Translations under genes and position numbers: made by a program
DNA from: Nitrospirota bacterium
GTDB taxonomy: Bacteria; Nitrospirota; Nitrospiria; Nitrospirales; Nitrospiraceae
Reading direction: 5' to 3'
Assembly: GCA_963701855.1 (NCBI GenBank)
Contig: CAVPBK010000006.1
Span: 1,280,001-1,344,000 of the forward strand
DNA: 64,000 bases
In this document: positions 1-10,763 of the stretch, piece by piece
How the letters are laid out: every line of letters starts with the position of its first letter
Numbering within the stretch: position 1 is the stretch's first letter
Notes under the pieces: model-generated
What the model saw: the letters and a program-made list of their open reading frames with translations, nothing else
Database searches by the model: none
What the model was told of the DNA's origin: nothing

Positions 1-777
1 GATCTTTCCGCGCCGGCGAATACCGGCGGTATCGGTGAAGAGATACTGCCGTCCTTGACGAAGAGCGATCGAATCGATCGAGTCCCTGGTGGTTCCTGGC
101 ACATCGCTGACCACCACTCGGTCCTCCCCGAGCACAGCATTCACCAGCGTGGATTTGCCGACATTCGGCCGTCCCACGACAGCAATGCGGGGCATTGTCG
201 TCTGCTCAGGGTTCTCATCTGGGTCCGGGAGGAGCGGAAAGATGGCATCCAGGAGTTCGGAGACACCGATGCCGTGTTCCGCAGAGATAGGATAGAGCGT
301 GTCTGTGCCCAATTGATAGAAGTCCGCCACGAGCGTTTCGACCTTGGGCGTGTCGATCTTATTAATCACGACAAACAACGGCTTCGGCGTTCCGCGCAAG
401 AGACGGACCACTTCCTGGTCCGGGGTCGTTAGTCCGGTCCGGCCGTCCATCAGTAGGATCAACATGTCCGCTTCCGCAATCGCCAGTTCCGATTGACGTT
501 TGATGAGGGCCAGCATGCCTTCTGAGGCCGAAGGGTCCAGGCCTCCTGTATCCACCAAGCGGAATGGCCGATTCCGATAGGTGGCGTCGGCGTAGTTACG
601 ATCCCTGGTGACACCTGGCACGTCGTCCACGATGGCTGTTCGCTTGCCGAGCATGCGATTAAAGAGCGTCGACTTGCCGACGTTGGGGCGACCGATAATG
701 GCCACAATGGGCGGGCGAGCCGTTGAGGATGACGGCGCCGGTGCTGTCTGTACGGGGGTGTTCTTGGTGCGTGGCAT
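1..777 (-). CDS. der: Ribosome biogenesis GTPase Der/EngA (runs off window start)
   Basis: Manual translation from ATG 777: IIGRPNVGKSTLFNR...DTGG...NKID, then second G domain VVGRPNVGKSTLVNA...DTAGIRRRGKI. Confidence 0.97.
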   Translation of the reverse strand, partial: MPRTKNTPVQTAPAPSSSTARPPIVAIIGRPNVGKSTLFNRMLGKRTAIVDDVPGVTRDRNYADATYRNRPFRLVDTGGLDPSASEGMLALIKRQSELAIAEADMLILLMDGRTGLTTPDQEVVRLLRGTPKPLFVVINKIDTPKVETLVADFYQLGTDTLYPISAEHGIGVSELLDAIFPLLPDPDENPEQTTMPRIAVVGRPNVGKSTLVNAVLGEDRVVVSDVPGTTRDSIDSIALRQGRQYLFTDTAGIRRRGKI

Positions 778-863
778 GGGAAATCGTATTTCGACCGTAA
801 CATAAGAATTTTGGCAAACACAACCAGCTCGTCTTCTTGGTCGGCCTCCGATATACTTTCCCA

Positions 864-1562
864 ATGACTCAGCACGCAGCACGCAGTCCTCAGTGCTTCC
901 TCAATTGGAACGAGATCGACGACGTCCTCCTCGACATGGACGGGACTCTGCTCGACCGCCATTTCGACAATTTCTTTTTCGAAGAGGAGTTGCCCCGGCG
1001 TTATGCCGCGCTCCATGGCCTGCAGCTCGAAGAGTCCCGCAACATGCTGATGGCGATGTACCGCTCGGTCGAAGGTGAATTGGCCTGGACCGATCTACAT
1101 TATTGGACGCAGCGAGTGGGAATCGATGTTGTGGCGTTGCATCGTGAGTTGGATCACATGATCGGATTCCTGCCGGGAGCAGAAGATTTTCTGCGCCACC
1201 TTCGCCAGCTTGGGAAGCGCGTGACGATTGTGACGAATGCGCACGAGGCGGGTGTGTCCGTGAAAGTCGCCAAGACCGGGCTCGATCGGCAGGTGGATCG
1301 CATAGTGAATGCGTTTGAAGTGGGGTATCTGAAAATGCGTCCGGAGTATTGGCCCAATTGTGCGCAACTACTGGGATTCGACCCGACAAGGTCTCTCTTC
1401 ATGGATGATGACGAAGGCTGTCTGCTCGCGGCAAAACAATTCGGAGTCGCCCATCTCATTCATAGTGCCAAGTCGAGTTCTCAACTGCCTCCCGCCCCGC
1501 TCGCTCAGTTCATCTCGATCACCGGTTTTTCTCCACTCCTTAATGGGCGATTTACAATCTAG
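864..1562 (+). CDS. HAD-family hydrolase, YrfG-like GMP/IMP nucleotidase
   Basis: DMDGTLLDRHFDNFFF motif I, TNAH, and DDD motif IV; ATG at 864. Confidence 0.85.
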   Translation: MTQHAARSPQCFLNWNEIDDVLLDMDGTLLDRHFDNFFFEEELPRRYAALHGLQLEESRNMLMAMYRSVEGELAWTDLHYWTQRVGIDVVALHRELDHMIGFLPGAEDFLRHLRQLGKRVTIVTNAHEAGVSVKVAKTGLDRQVDRIVNAFEVGYLKMRPEYWPNCAQLLGFDPTRSLFMDDDEGCLLAAKQFGVAHLIHSAKSSSQLPPAPLAQFISITGFSPLLNGRFTI

Positions 1563-2179
1563 TCCGGTCGGGTTGCTGTACCTCTATACATCTCACCTCC
1601 GAGCCTGGGCACACTCTGCATCTGGAAGCGATCGAGCGCCCCGATCTTCAAGCCGGCCTGGGCGATGATTTGGTCGATCTTGCGGTTCAGGTTGCAGCCA
1701 CATCCAATAATGTTCTGAATGGGATTCAGCCGGTCCTGCCAGGCTGCAACCTTTGTGTCCTCGCTCCGGCCATGCTCTAGAAACAGAAATGCTCCGTGAG
1801 GCTTGAGGATCCGACGGACTTCTCGGAGCGCCTTGACCGGATCCGGAATGGTACAGAGAGTCCAGGTGCTGACGACGAAATCAAAAGATCGGTCATCATA
1901 GGGCAATGACTCAGCGGTGACATGTTGGATGTGAATGGGGAAGGGCTGATTGGTGCAGCGGTCCGCGACGATCTTGGGGAGAAGATCGGCCGGGTCAACG
2001 GCATGGAGTCGCGCAATGGTCTTGGGATAATGTGGCAGATTCAGCCCGGTTCCAATTCCCAGTTCCAACACCTCACCATGGAGGTTAGAGAGCAGATCTG
2101 TGCGCAGAAGCCTGAACTCTTCTCCCGCCATGACCCAATTCATGAGGCGAGGAAAGATATGGTGGGTGTAGAGTCCCAT
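1559..2179 (-). CDS. Class I SAM-dependent methyltransferase
   Basis: VLELGIGTG, FDFVVSTWTLCTIPDP, FLEHG, GCNLNR. Confidence 0.9.
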   Translation of the reverse strand: MGLYTHHIFPRLMNWVMAGEEFRLLRTDLLSNLHGEVLELGIGTGLNLPHYPKTIARLHAVDPADLLPKIVADRCTNQPFPIHIQHVTAESLPYDDRSFDFVVSTWTLCTIPDPVKALREVRRILKPHGAFLFLEHGRSEDTKVAAWQDRLNPIQNIIGCGCNLNRKIDQIIAQAGLKIGALDRFQMQSVPRLGGEMYRGTATRPD

Positions 2180-2358
2180 GGCGGCGCGTAGTATAGCAAA
2201 GACCTCGCAGAGCAGGGCCGCGGAATCTTGTGACCCCGAGAGGGCTGTGTTAGATTCGCTGATCCGGTATCGAGCCATCAGGAGTCGGCTTTCAGCCATC
2301 GGTGTTCTGAAAGGAATCCTGTTGATAGCCGAAGGCTGAACGCTTCCCCGATGTATTT

Positions 2359-4794
2359 ATGAGCAAAACATTCGATCACAGTGCGATTGAGGCCAAATGG
2401 CAGGCTTATTGGGAACAGCATCGGATTTTCCGTGCCTCAGAGGACCAATCGAAGCCCAAATTTTATTGTCTCGACATGTTTCCCTATCCCTCCGGCTCTG
2501 GTCTCCACGTCGGTCATCTTGAAGGGTACACGGCGACCGATATCGTGTCCCGCTACAAACGCATGAGGGGCTTCAATGTCCTGCATCCAATGGGGTGGGA
2601 TGCGTTCGGGCTCCCTGCCGAGCAGTATGCGGTGAAGACCGGAATCCATCCAGTTGTCACGACAGCCGAGAACATTGCGACCTTCAAACGCCAGATGAAA
2701 CGTGTCGGACTGTCCTATGACTGGGAGCGCGAGGTCAGCACGATCGACCCCGATTATTATCGCTGGACACAGTGGATATTTTTGAGACTGTTTGAGCGAG
2801 GGCTCGCCTACGTGGCGGAAGTGCCGGTGAACTGGTGTCCTGCCCTGGGAACGGTGCTGGCCAATGAAGAAATTATCGACGGGAAGAGTGAAGTCGGCGG
2901 GTTCGATGTCGTGCGCAAGCCCATGAAGCAGTGGGTCTTAAAAATCACGGCCTATGCCGACCGACTCCTCGAAGATTTGAAGCTGGTCGAATGGCCGGCC
3001 AGCACGTTGGAGATGCAGAAGAATTGGATCGGCCGATCGATCGGCGCGGAAGTCGAGTTCGATCTGGCCGGTGCCCCTGGCATGGTTCGGATCTTTACGA
3101 CGAGGCCCGATACCTTGTTCGGCGCGACCTATATGGTGCTGGCGCCTGAGCATCCGTTAGTGGCGGTGGTCACGACTGCTGACCGTCGCATCGAGGTCAC
3201 CGCCTATCGCGAGTCGGCGGCCAGAAAAAGTGATCTCCAACGGCAGGAACTTGAAAAGGAAAAGACCGGAGTCTTCACCGGCGGCTATGCGATGAATCCG
3301 GTGAACAAGGAGCCGCTGCCCATTTGGATTGCCGATTACGTGTTGATGGGCTACGGGACCGGGGCCATCATGGCTGTGCCCGCGCACGACGAGCGCGACT
3401 GGGCTTTTGCGAAGACCTATGGTTTGCCGATCCGAGAAGTGATCGCAGGCGGTCAGGTTGAACAGGTGGCGTTCATTGCGACCGACAAAGGGACTGTCGT
3501 CAATTCCACGACGCCGGACAGAAGCTTTACCATCGATGGGCTTACACCGGATGACGCGATTCCGAAAATCACGGCTTGGTTAGAATCGCAGGGCAAGGGC
3601 CGCAAGGCAGTGAACTACAAGTTGCGGGATTGGCTGTTTGCCCGTCAACGGTATTGGGGCGAACCCTTTCCGATTGTGTGGGTTGACGGCCAAGCCATTC
3701 CGCTTCCGGAAGAGCAGCTGCCGCTACTGTTGCCGGAGACCAGCAACTTCAAACCGTCAGGGAATGGCGAAAGTCCGCTCGCGAATTTAACCGACTGGCT
3801 GACGACCATCGACTCGATCAGTGGGGTGCAGGCGCGTCGTGAAACCAACACGATGCCTCAATGGGCCGGCTCCTGCTGGTATTATCTGCGATTTATTGAT
3901 CCGAAGAATCAGGACCAGCTCGTCGATCCGGCAAAAGAGCGCTACTGGATGCCGGTGGATCTCTATATCGGCGGCAGCGAACATGCCGTGCTGCATTTGC
4001 TCTATGCGCGGTTTTGGCACAAGATTCTGTACGACATTGGAGTGGCCAGTACGCCGGAGCCGTTCAAGAAGTTGGTGCATCAAGGGATTGTGCTGGGAGA
4101 AGACAACCAGAAGATGTCGAAATCCCGTGGCAACGTCGTCAATCCTGACGAGATCATGGATCAGTTCGGGGCCGATGCAGTGCGGCTCTATGAAATGTTC
4201 ATGGGCCCGCTGGAGGCCGTGAAGCCCTGGAGTACGAGGGGTGTAGAAGGGGTCACGCGGTTTCTCGAACGAGCCTGGAGGCTCATGGTCAACGAAGAAG
4301 GTCGACTCTTAAGCACCGTGGTGGAGACGGTTCCTACTCTCGAACATCAGCGGTTGCTCCATCAGACGATCAAGAAGGTGACGGAGGATATCGAAGCCTT
4401 GCGGTTCAATACCGCAATCTCCCAGATGATGATCTTTACGAACGAGATGACAAAGACCGAGCAGCGCTCACGGGCCTTACTTGAGCCATTTGTTCTTCTT
4501 CTGGCGCCCTTCGCGCCCCATTTGACGGAAGAATTGTGGGCGGTGTTGGGTCACCAGCCGAGCATCTCTCAGCAGCCTTGGCCGGTCTTCGATCCGGTGC
4601 TGACCGTCAGCGATCGATTGATCATCCCGATCCAGGTAAATGGAAAGCTGCGGGCTAAACTCGAGGTGGGTGCCGACGCCACTCGCGAGCAGATCGAAGG
4701 TCTGGCTCGTCCGCAGATTGCGGAGTGGTTGCATGGCAAAGAGCCGAAGAAGATTGTGTATGTCGAGAAAAAACTCATCAACTTCGTCGTCTAA
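2359..4794 (+). CDS. leuS: Leucine--tRNA ligase
   Basis: [14 protein letters not shown] (HIGH), [26 protein letters not shown]. Confidence 0.99.
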   Translation: MSKTFDHSAIEAKWQAYWEQHRIFRASEDQSKPKFYCLDMFPYPSGSGLHVGHLEGYTATDIVSRYKRMRGFNVLHPMGWDAFGLPAEQYAVKTGIHPVVTTAENIATFKRQMKRVGLSYDWEREVSTIDPDYYRWTQWIFLRLFERGLAYVAEVPVNWCPALGTVLANEEIIDGKSEVGGFDVVRKPMKQWVLKITAYADRLLEDLKLVEWPASTLEMQKNWIGRSIGAEVEFDLAGAPGMVRIFTTRPDTLFGATYMVLAPEHPLVAVVTTADRRIEVTAYRESAARKSDLQRQELEKEKTGVFTGGYAMNPVNKEPLPIWIADYVLMGYGTGAIMAVPAHDERDWAFAKTYGLPIREVIAGGQVEQVAFIATDKGTVVNSTTPDRSFTIDGLTPDDAIPKITAWLESQGKGRKAVNYKLRDWLFARQRYWGEPFPIVWVDGQAIPLPEEQLPLLLPETSNFKPSGNGESPLANLTDWLTTIDSISGVQARRETNTMPQWAGSCWYYLRFIDPKNQDQLVDPAKERYWMPVDLYIGGSEHAVLHLLYARFWHKILYDIGVASTPEPFKKLVHQGIVLGEDNQKMSKSRGNVVNPDEIMDQFGADAVRLYEMFMGPLEAVKPWSTRGVEGVTRFLERAWRLMVNEEGRLLSTVVETVPTLEHQRLLHQTIKKVTEDIEALRFNTAISQMMIFTNEMTKTEQRSRALLEPFVLLLAPFAPHLTEELWAVLGHQPSISQQPWPVFDPVLTVSDRLIIPIQVNGKLRAKLEVGADATREQIEGLARPQIAEWLHGKEPKKIVYVEKKLINFVV

Positions 4795-4805
4795 GGAAGT
4801 GCTGA

Positions 4806-5477
4806 GTGGTAAGACCTGAGACCAAGAATGGTGCGATTCGGAACGAGAGGGCGTACCGCCTTTTTATTCTCAGCACTCACGTCTCAGCACTGTGTCTGTC
4901 CCTTGTGCTTCTGGGTGCGTGCGGGTATCAATTCCGTGTGGAGGGAGCTGGGCCTACGATCGGGGGAACTACAGCGACCTCTTCTCCTACGTCACCGCCA
5001 CCGCGATTAATTGTCCGGACGTTGGAAAACAAGAGTTTTGAGCCGAATTTGGAAACCCGCTATACCAACTATCTGCGCCATGAATTTTCATCCGGCAGTG
5101 GGGCTCAGGTCGTTCCAGACTCTGAGTCAGCCGATCTTGTGCTGTCAGGGCAAATCCTCTCAGTTATTCTTCCGTCGCTCAGTTTCACCCAGACCACCAC
5201 ACTCGAAAGCCGCGCAGAGGTTATGGTGATCATCAAGGTGGAGGAGACCAGAACGCGACGTCTCGTGTGGGCGCAAACGGCGAAAGGCACGTCGGAGTTC
5301 TACGTGACGTCCGATCTGCAATTTAACCGCGTCCTGCAGAACCGGGCCTTAGAACAAGCTGGCCGTTTCATCGCCGAGGATTTGGCTTCCCGTTTTCTGC
5401 TTCAGTTGGAATCGGGGCAGTTGGCAAAGCCGTCCGCTCTTCCGGCGTCGGACAACGTGGACACCAACGTCAAGTAA
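4806..5477 (+). CDS. lptE: LPS assembly lipoprotein LptE (start uncertain)
   Basis: Lipobox LGAC-GYQF; conserved leuS-lptE-holA order. Confidence 0.8.
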   Translation: MVRPETKNGAIRNERAYRLFILSTHVSALCLSLVLLGACGYQFRVEGAGPTIGGTTATSSPTSPPPRLIVRTLENKSFEPNLETRYTNYLRHEFSSGSGAQVVPDSESADLVLSGQILSVILPSLSFTQTTTLESRAEVMVIIKVEETRTRRLVWAQTAKGTSEFYVTSDLQFNRVLQNRALEQAGRFIAEDLASRFLLQLESGQLAKPSALPASDNVDTNVK

Positions 5478-5482
5478 ATCGG

Positions 5483-6607
5483 ATGTCTCCTATGGCCTCA
5501 ACCATCTCTCACGTCCAACTCCTTGCGCAGCTTGCGCAAGGAGCAGTTGCGCCGCTGTACGCGATCGTTGGCGAGGAAGACTTACTGCGCGATATGGCCC
5601 TAGGTGCGCTGAAATCCGCGTTGTTGGGAGAGGGTGAGAGCCACTTCAATTGCGATCTGTTCTATGGAGACGATGTGAGCGGGAGAGAGATTGTCACCTG
5701 TGCTTCTGAAGTAGCGGTATTTGCAGCTCGACGAGTGGTGGTGGTGAAAGCGGCCGATAAACTTCCAGCCCGGGAGTGCGATGCGATCCTTCCCTATTTG
5801 AAGGAGCCGAATGACACCACGTCTGTAATCTTCGTCGCACCGAAACTTGACGGACGACTCAAGTTCACCCAGGCCCTGGCAAAGGCCGCGGTGACGGTCG
5901 ATTGCTCTCCTCTCAGAGAGGCGCAGTGGCTTCCTTGGCTCAGACAGGACGCTGAACGGGTCGGGATCCTGCTCAACGGCGAAGCAATTGATTTGCTTAA
6001 AGAGGTCTGTGGCGGCTCACTCTACTCGGTTCGGCGCGAACTGGAAAAGCTAGCTGCGTATGTCTCGCCCGGTCAGGCTGTCACTGCCGGCGATGTAGCG
6101 ACGTTGCGCGGCACGGAGCCTGGCGCTTCAGTATTTGATTTGACATTGGCGATCGGCGGCAAAGACCGCGGGCGGGTATTGGCGATCCTGGCCAGAAATC
6201 TGGAAGCGGGGGAGGCTCCATTGAGAATCCTTGGCTCATTGGCCTGGCAATATCGGAGACTGTGGAAGGTCAAGGAAGTCGTACGGCAAGGGGGCCGTGA
6301 GGGGGAAGCCGCTCGGACTTTGCGTATGGATCCTTACAAGGTTCGAGCATTTCTCGATCAATTTCCAGACACCCACCTGCATGAGGCGCTTCGGTTATTT
6401 TTGGATGTTGATGCCAAGCTGAAGGGTGGAAGTGGCGGACGTCCCGCGCGAATTCTAGAAGACGTGTTGTTGCGGTTATGTGATCGTGCAGTGCCGAATG
6501 CAATCCCAACCTCGCCGAGTCGTGGCTCTGAAGTGCCGCAACCAGTGAGGGCAAGAACCATATCGAACGTGCGAACGATTACGCGCGGGAAGCAGACAAG
6601 GAGTTGA
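5483..6607 (+). CDS. holA: DNA polymerase III delta subunit
   Basis: PLYAIVGEEDLL, RRVVVVK, ELEKLAAY, SVFDL, D..LKGG; gene order. Confidence 0.93.
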   Translation: MSPMASTISHVQLLAQLAQGAVAPLYAIVGEEDLLRDMALGALKSALLGEGESHFNCDLFYGDDVSGREIVTCASEVAVFAARRVVVVKAADKLPARECDAILPYLKEPNDTTSVIFVAPKLDGRLKFTQALAKAAVTVDCSPLREAQWLPWLRQDAERVGILLNGEAIDLLKEVCGGSLYSVRRELEKLAAYVSPGQAVTAGDVATLRGTEPGASVFDLTLAIGGKDRGRVLAILARNLEAGEAPLRILGSLAWQYRRLWKVKEVVRQGGREGEAARTLRMDPYKVRAFLDQFPDTHLHEALRLFLDVDAKLKGGSGGRPARILEDVLLRLCDRAVPNAIPTSPSRGSEVPQPVRARTISNVRTITRGKQTRS

Positions 6608-6857
6608 CGTGGAGCGTGAGGCGAGCAATTCGGCGCGAGGCCGTGTTCGGTTTCATCACACCTTTTGTCACTGCCTTGCCGAGGGCCGACGTGGCTTGGC
6701 GCAGGGATACCTTCGCATCCTCGACCTTCTTCTCAGTCACGGCCGCTTGGACTTTCTTTACGAGGCTCTTGAGGGCACCCAGCGTCGCACGGTTACGGTC
6801 GTGCCGCTTGACGGCTTGGCGGGCTCGGCGAATTGTCGATTTATGTATAACCGGCAT
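6579..6857 (-). CDS. rpsT: 30S ribosomal protein S20
   Basis: KSTIRRARQ...RNR...KAVTKGVMKPNTASRRIARL. Confidence 0.96.
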   Translation of the reverse strand: MPVIHKSTIRRARQAVKRHDRNRATLGALKSLVKKVQAAVTEKKVEDAKVSLRQATSALGKAVTKGVMKPNTASRRIARLTLHVNSLSASRA

Positions 6858-6942
6858 AGTAGACTCCTATAAACAAGAGCGAACTTGTACCACACGGCTC
6901 TCTGAAGCGTCAAGGTGAGCCATTTATCAAAAGGACAAGCCT

Positions 6943-7656
6943 GTGTCAACCATTATTGCCCGTGATCGCTTAATCCTGGCCCTCGACGTACCCTCAAGCG
7001 ATGAAGCCGACCGGCTTCTCGATCGTGTGCATGATCAGATCGTGTTTGTGAAGGTCGGACTCGAACTGTTCACCGCTGCCGGACCGGAGATGGTCCAACG
7101 CCTGATTACGCAAGGAAAGCGAGTGTTTCTGGATCTCAAGTTTCTCGATATCGAGGAAACGGTTCGTCGGGCCACTGCGCGGGTTGCAGCGATGGGTGTG
7201 GATTTCTTAACGGTTCATGCAAACCGCAAGGCGCTGGCCGCAGCCGTCCAAGGCCGTGGAACGTCCACGATGAAACTGTTGGCGGTGACGGTATTGACCA
7301 ACTTTGACACCCATGACCTCCGCGACATGGGCATTCAACGGAGCGTCCAGGATCTGGTCACCGCGCGAGCCTTATTAGCATCCGAGGTGGGTTGTGATGG
7401 GGTGGTGGCCTCGGGCGAAGAGCCGGCGATTCTCCGTTCCAAGGTCGGTCCACGGTTTCTGATCGTCACACCCGGTGTGCGTCCTGTCGGCAAAGATGTT
7501 GATGATCATGCCAGAGCGACCACGCCGACTCAGGCGATTTCGGCGGGAGCTGACTACTTGGTGGTCGGCCGACCCATCAGAGATGCGTCGGATCCCGCCG
7601 CCACTACCGCCACAATTCTTACGGAAATGCAGGCGGCCTTCGATGCCAGGGTCTGA
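6943..7656 (+). CDS. pyrF: Orotidine-5'-phosphate decarboxylase
   Basis: LILALD, KVGLELF, FLDLKFLDI, AVTVLT, TPGVRP, VVGRPI. Confidence 0.97.
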   Translation: MSTIIARDRLILALDVPSSDEADRLLDRVHDQIVFVKVGLELFTAAGPEMVQRLITQGKRVFLDLKFLDIEETVRRATARVAAMGVDFLTVHANRKALAAAVQGRGTSTMKLLAVTVLTNFDTHDLRDMGIQRSVQDLVTARALLASEVGCDGVVASGEEPAILRSKVGPRFLIVTPGVRPVGKDVDDHARATTPTQAISAGADYLVVGRPIRDASDPAATTATILTEMQAAFDARV

Positions 7657-7802
7657 CAATGGTCATTTCCTATCAGTGGAAATAAGAGCCGAGCAGAGGG
7701 CTCTTCTCGATTGACGCTTGACGTCAAGCCTGGTTGCGGGTCTTCTTCTCTCTTTGTTAAGATCCCTCCACCACAGAACTTGGTCGAGTATCTTCTCCGC
7801 AT

Positions 7803-7880
7803 GGTGGGTGTAGCTCAGCTGGTTAGAGCGCCGGATTGTGGATCCGGAGGTCGCGGGTTCGAAACCCGTCACTCACCCCA
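7803..7880 (+). tRNA. tRNA-His(GTG)
   Basis: G-1 plus acceptor GTGGGTG/CACTCAC, anticodon arm CCGGA-TTGTGGA-TCCGG, GGTTCGAAACC T arm, encoded CCA. Confidence 0.97.
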
Positions 7881-8101
7881 TTTTCTTAATTGCGTAAGTT
7901 GATGATCAAAGGTCTGGTCTCCCAATAAAGCCTTTGGCTTCATCGCTTTCTGCAGGCGAACCACTTTTATATCTCTTCTAAGTTTTCTATTGTTTCGATC
8001 CGGTTAACCCTTGTACCGACACAATTTCAGCACACCTTGACAGATTCCAGGTATGATGCTCGGCGAAACGTCGCGTTGAACCCTAGCTAGGAGAAGGACC
8101 C

Positions 8102-8476
8102 ATGATCACGAGTCTTCATGGATGGATGTGTAGCAAGCGGAATCTCTTCATAGGGGCAGCCCTTGGACTGCTGATTGCCTTGACGGGGAACCAAGCGATA
8201 GCTGAGGAAACATCAGAAACCAGCCCTAAAGGGGCGGGGCTACAAGCGGCCAGTTGGTTAGCCACCGTTCCGTATGGTGCCGTGAAGGTCGCATATGCTC
8301 TCGTCGGGGGCATCGTGGGTGGCCTCACCTGGGCTTTGACTGGAGGAAACACGGAGATTGCCAAGGCGGTCTGGATTCCTTCTATGACCGGTAATTACAT
8401 CGTGCAGCCAGAGAACCTCACCGGGGACAAGCCCCTCCATTTCATGGGCGGGTCATCCGACCGATCCGATCCGTAA
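8102..8476 (+). CDS. Hypothetical exported glycine-rich membrane protein
   Basis: AGGAGAAGG RBS, signal peptide ending NQAIA, GGIVGGLTWALTGG hydrophobic segment. Confidence 0.75.
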   Translation: MITSLHGWMCSKRNLFIGAALGLLIALTGNQAIAEETSETSPKGAGLQAASWLATVPYGAVKVAYALVGGIVGGLTWALTGGNTEIAKAVWIPSMTGNYIVQPENLTGDKPLHFMGGSSDRSDP

Positions 8477-8645
8477 CGTCCTACCGGTCAGGAGAGTGTC
8501 CGGGGTATCCTTCCAGGTGCACCCTTGGTCACCTGCGTTGTTTCCATCCGCGATGAAACAGGGGTGGGGTAGGCTTCGGAGCCGCCCACTGCGCCGAGAG
8601 GATCCCGGGATCGAACCCGTGTTTTAACACGATCTCGACTTCGCC

Positions 8646-8853
8646 TTTAGAGGGGGTCCCGAAAATTCGGACAGTGTGGTAAGTGGTAGCCTTGCTTCAC
8701 CAACGCCACCGAGGAGTGGCAAACCAGAGGAGCGAGGCGATGAAGCGAACGAGACGCAATCACGGGGCGGCATTCAAGGCCAAGGTGGCCTTGGCAGCAT
8801 GCAAGGGCGACAAGACGCTGGCGGAGTTAGCGGAACAATTTGGCGTGCATCCC
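8646..8853 (+). mobile_element. IS3-family left end plus truncated orfA
   Basis: ATG 8740 MKRTRRNHGAAFKAKVALAACKGDKTLAELAEQFGVHP (HTH_Tnp_1 N-terminus); IR-like GGGTCCCGAAAATTCGGACAG upstream. Confidence 0.85.
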
Positions 8854-8997
8854 GAACCCTTTGCCCATTGCAATCTCAATCGTCCGCAGATGACCGATGA
8901 TCTCTTCAGCCGTGTACCGTTTCCGTGCCATACCCCCCTCCTTTCGTCGGCTGGAATCCTAACTCCAGATCCGACCTGGTTTATAGGGGGCAGGTCA
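8854..8997 (-). mobile_element. Second IS3-family (IS407-like) left end plus truncated orfA
   Basis: Minus strand begins TGACCTGCCCCC; RBS; ATG 8931 MARKRYTAEEIIGHLRTIEI. Confidence 0.8.
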
Positions 8998-9164
8998 TGC
9001 TTGCGCAGAATCCTCAGCGTTGATCGAGTAACCATTCCTGGCCTCCGAGTCTCTTGAGGCTTCGCCAAACAGAAGCTCCCAGCCCAGATTGCCGAGGCGC
9101 AAAAGCTGGCGTGGGAGTGGAAGCCAAAAACCAATGAGCGACAATCCACCCCAAACGCGACACC

Positions 9165-9285
9165 ATGTCCCTCGAAGAAGCCACCGTTTCCAACATGTGG
9201 GAGATTACCGCGATTGTGGCGGCGCTCGAACGGAAGGGCTTGTGCACGGAGCAGGACCTCTAGACATCATCCCTGAGTTCCGGAC
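9165..9285 (+). pseudogene. Truncated conserved hypothetical gene
   Basis: MSLEEATVSNMWEITAIVAALERKGLCTEQDL*DIIPEFR with TAG at 9261; resembles a small Nitrospira family from memory only. Confidence 0.5.
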
Positions 9286-9395
9286 TTCCGTTCGTGATAT
9301 CCCGGCTCTCAGTCCGCAAGCCTGTGGCCCATTTCCGAAAGGGAATGGGCGGCGGTGAGCACAGCGGGGGGCCCTGCTGTGACCCCTTAGCCACC

Positions 9396-10277
9396 TCACG
9401 ATGCCCCTTCCTGCACAGTCACGCAGGCTCGCCCGCTCAGGGTCGTGGTGCCTTCCACGTAATAATCAAACTCCACCGTATGCCAGCCATGGCCGAACAG
9501 GCCCGTCGTGGCTGTGGTGCCGTTGTCATCAGGGAAGCCATAGGGCGCGGTGTGTTCGACATGATGCACAGCCCCGTCCAGGCGCACCGTCGCCATGACA
9601 TCCCGCGTGTCGGTCGTGGTACCTTTTACACCCCACGGACCTGTGGCCGGATTGCCCACGACCGTCAGAGTCACCGCCCCCACGGAGGTCGGGCTCCCTT
9701 CCTGCACGGTCATGCAGGCCCGTCCGCTCAGGGTCGTGGTGCCTTCCACGTAATAATCAAACTCCACCGTATGCCAGCCATGGCCGAACAGGCCCGTCGT
9801 GGCTGTGGTGCCGTTGTCATCAGGGAAGCCATAGGGCGCGGTGTGTTCGACATGATGCACAGCCCCGTCCAGGCGCACCGTCGCCATGACATCCCGCGTG
9901 TCGGTCGTGGTACCTTTTACACCCCACGGACCTGTGGCCGGATTGCCCACGACCGTCAGAGTCACCGCTCCCCCAGGGGGCGGAGCCGGGTAGGTCGTGA
10001 GGTTGCTCTCGGTCGACTGATTGTTCTTAAGGTCATAGGCCGTAATGAAGTAGTAGTGCGTCCCGGCCGGCGTTCCAACATTGAAACTCGTGGTCTTTCC
10101 CAATGTGACAAGAAGAGACTCATTGGCAGAGGCAAGTGTGCAGGGTTGCTGACTGCATTGATAGACGTGATATCCCGCCAGATCCGGTTCACTGTTGGCG
10201 TTCCACGTCAATGTGGCACCCCATGCAGTACTCGACCACAACACAAGCACACCAACAATGGCTCTCACCCAATTCAT
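9396..10277 (-). CDS. Secreted fibronectin type III protein with two tandem Ig-like repeats
   Basis: Signal peptide ending TAWG; LTWNANSEPDLAGYHVY...YYFITAYD FN3 signature; two 97-aa-period repeats. Confidence 0.85.
   Translation of the reverse strand: MNWVRAIVGVLVLWSSTAWGATLTWNANSEPDLAGYHVYQCSQQPCTLASANESLLVTLGKTTSFNVGTPAGTHYYFITAYDLKNNQSTESNLTTYPAPPPGGAVTLTVVGNPATGPWGVKGTTTDTRDVMATVRLDGAVHHVEHTAPYGFPDDNGTTATTGLFGHGWHTVEFDYYVEGTTTLSGRACMTVQEGSPTSVGAVTLTVVGNPATGPWGVKGTTTDTRDVMATVRLDGAVHHVEHTAPYGFPDDNGTTATTGLFGHGWHTVEFDYYVEGTTTLSGRACVTVQEGAS
9405..9968. repeat. Near-identical 273-bp direct repeat (9405-9677 and 9696-9968)
   Basis: Period 291 bp; mismatches seen only in the first ~30 bp. Confidence 0.95.
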
Positions 10278-10435
10278 ACAGATACTCCTATTGCATCCTG
10301 TTCGGAAGCAGGCACACCATTCCCGGAGAAGTCCACTTCTCACGTACCAGTACCTCTGTCGGATTGCAGAACTGACTCCGTCACCCGAGGAGAGATTGAA
10401 GAGGGCAACCGTTCACCTCTTCATTGTGGTAACTA

Positions 10436-10451
10436 CGCAAGGTGCATGCCG
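10436..10451 (-). promoter_or_regulatory. Putative sigma54 -24/-12 promoter for the FN3 gene
   Basis: Minus strand CGGCAT-GCACC-TTGCG (GG-N10-GC). Confidence 0.55.
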
Positions 10452-10701
10452 TCGTAGGAGGAGGAAGATCAGAGCAAAACTCCTGACAATGAGCCATGGC
10501 GAGAGAAATATGAATGGTAGCGTGCAGCGAAACTGTAGGAGATGGGAGAAGTTCGATGAGTCAAACGTCGTTCATTCAGCAGGATAGACGCTGTAGTCGG
10601 TTGCCTACAGATAGACAATGAAGAGTGAGACGGAGCGAAGCGATACTGCACCTGCTTCAATTATGAAGCGCACGCTCCTGTTGTTTTAGAGTGTGAGACC
10701 C

Positions 10702-10749
10702 ATCGGCCCCGTCGTCTCCGTCCTCGATGGTGACACGATCGAAGTCCTG
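10702..10749 (+). pseudogene. Thermonuclease (SNase) N-terminal relic
   Basis: IGPVVSVLDGDTIEVL contains the V.DGDT motif, then the frame is lost. Confidence 0.6.
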
Positions 10750-10763
10750 TCTTTTTGGCAAAA

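Noticed and set aside
6579..6607. 29-bp convergent overlap of holA and rpsT
   Set aside because: Short 3' overlaps are common and the HolA tail is low-complexity
8604..8623. Minus-strand tRNA T-arm-like CGGGTTCGATCCCG
   Set aside because: 6-nt loop and no other arms; at most an att relic, too short to support
9294..10457. 387-aa plus-strand ORF with repeats
   Set aside because: Antisense shadow of the FN3 repeat gene; Arg/His-rich, non-protein-like composition
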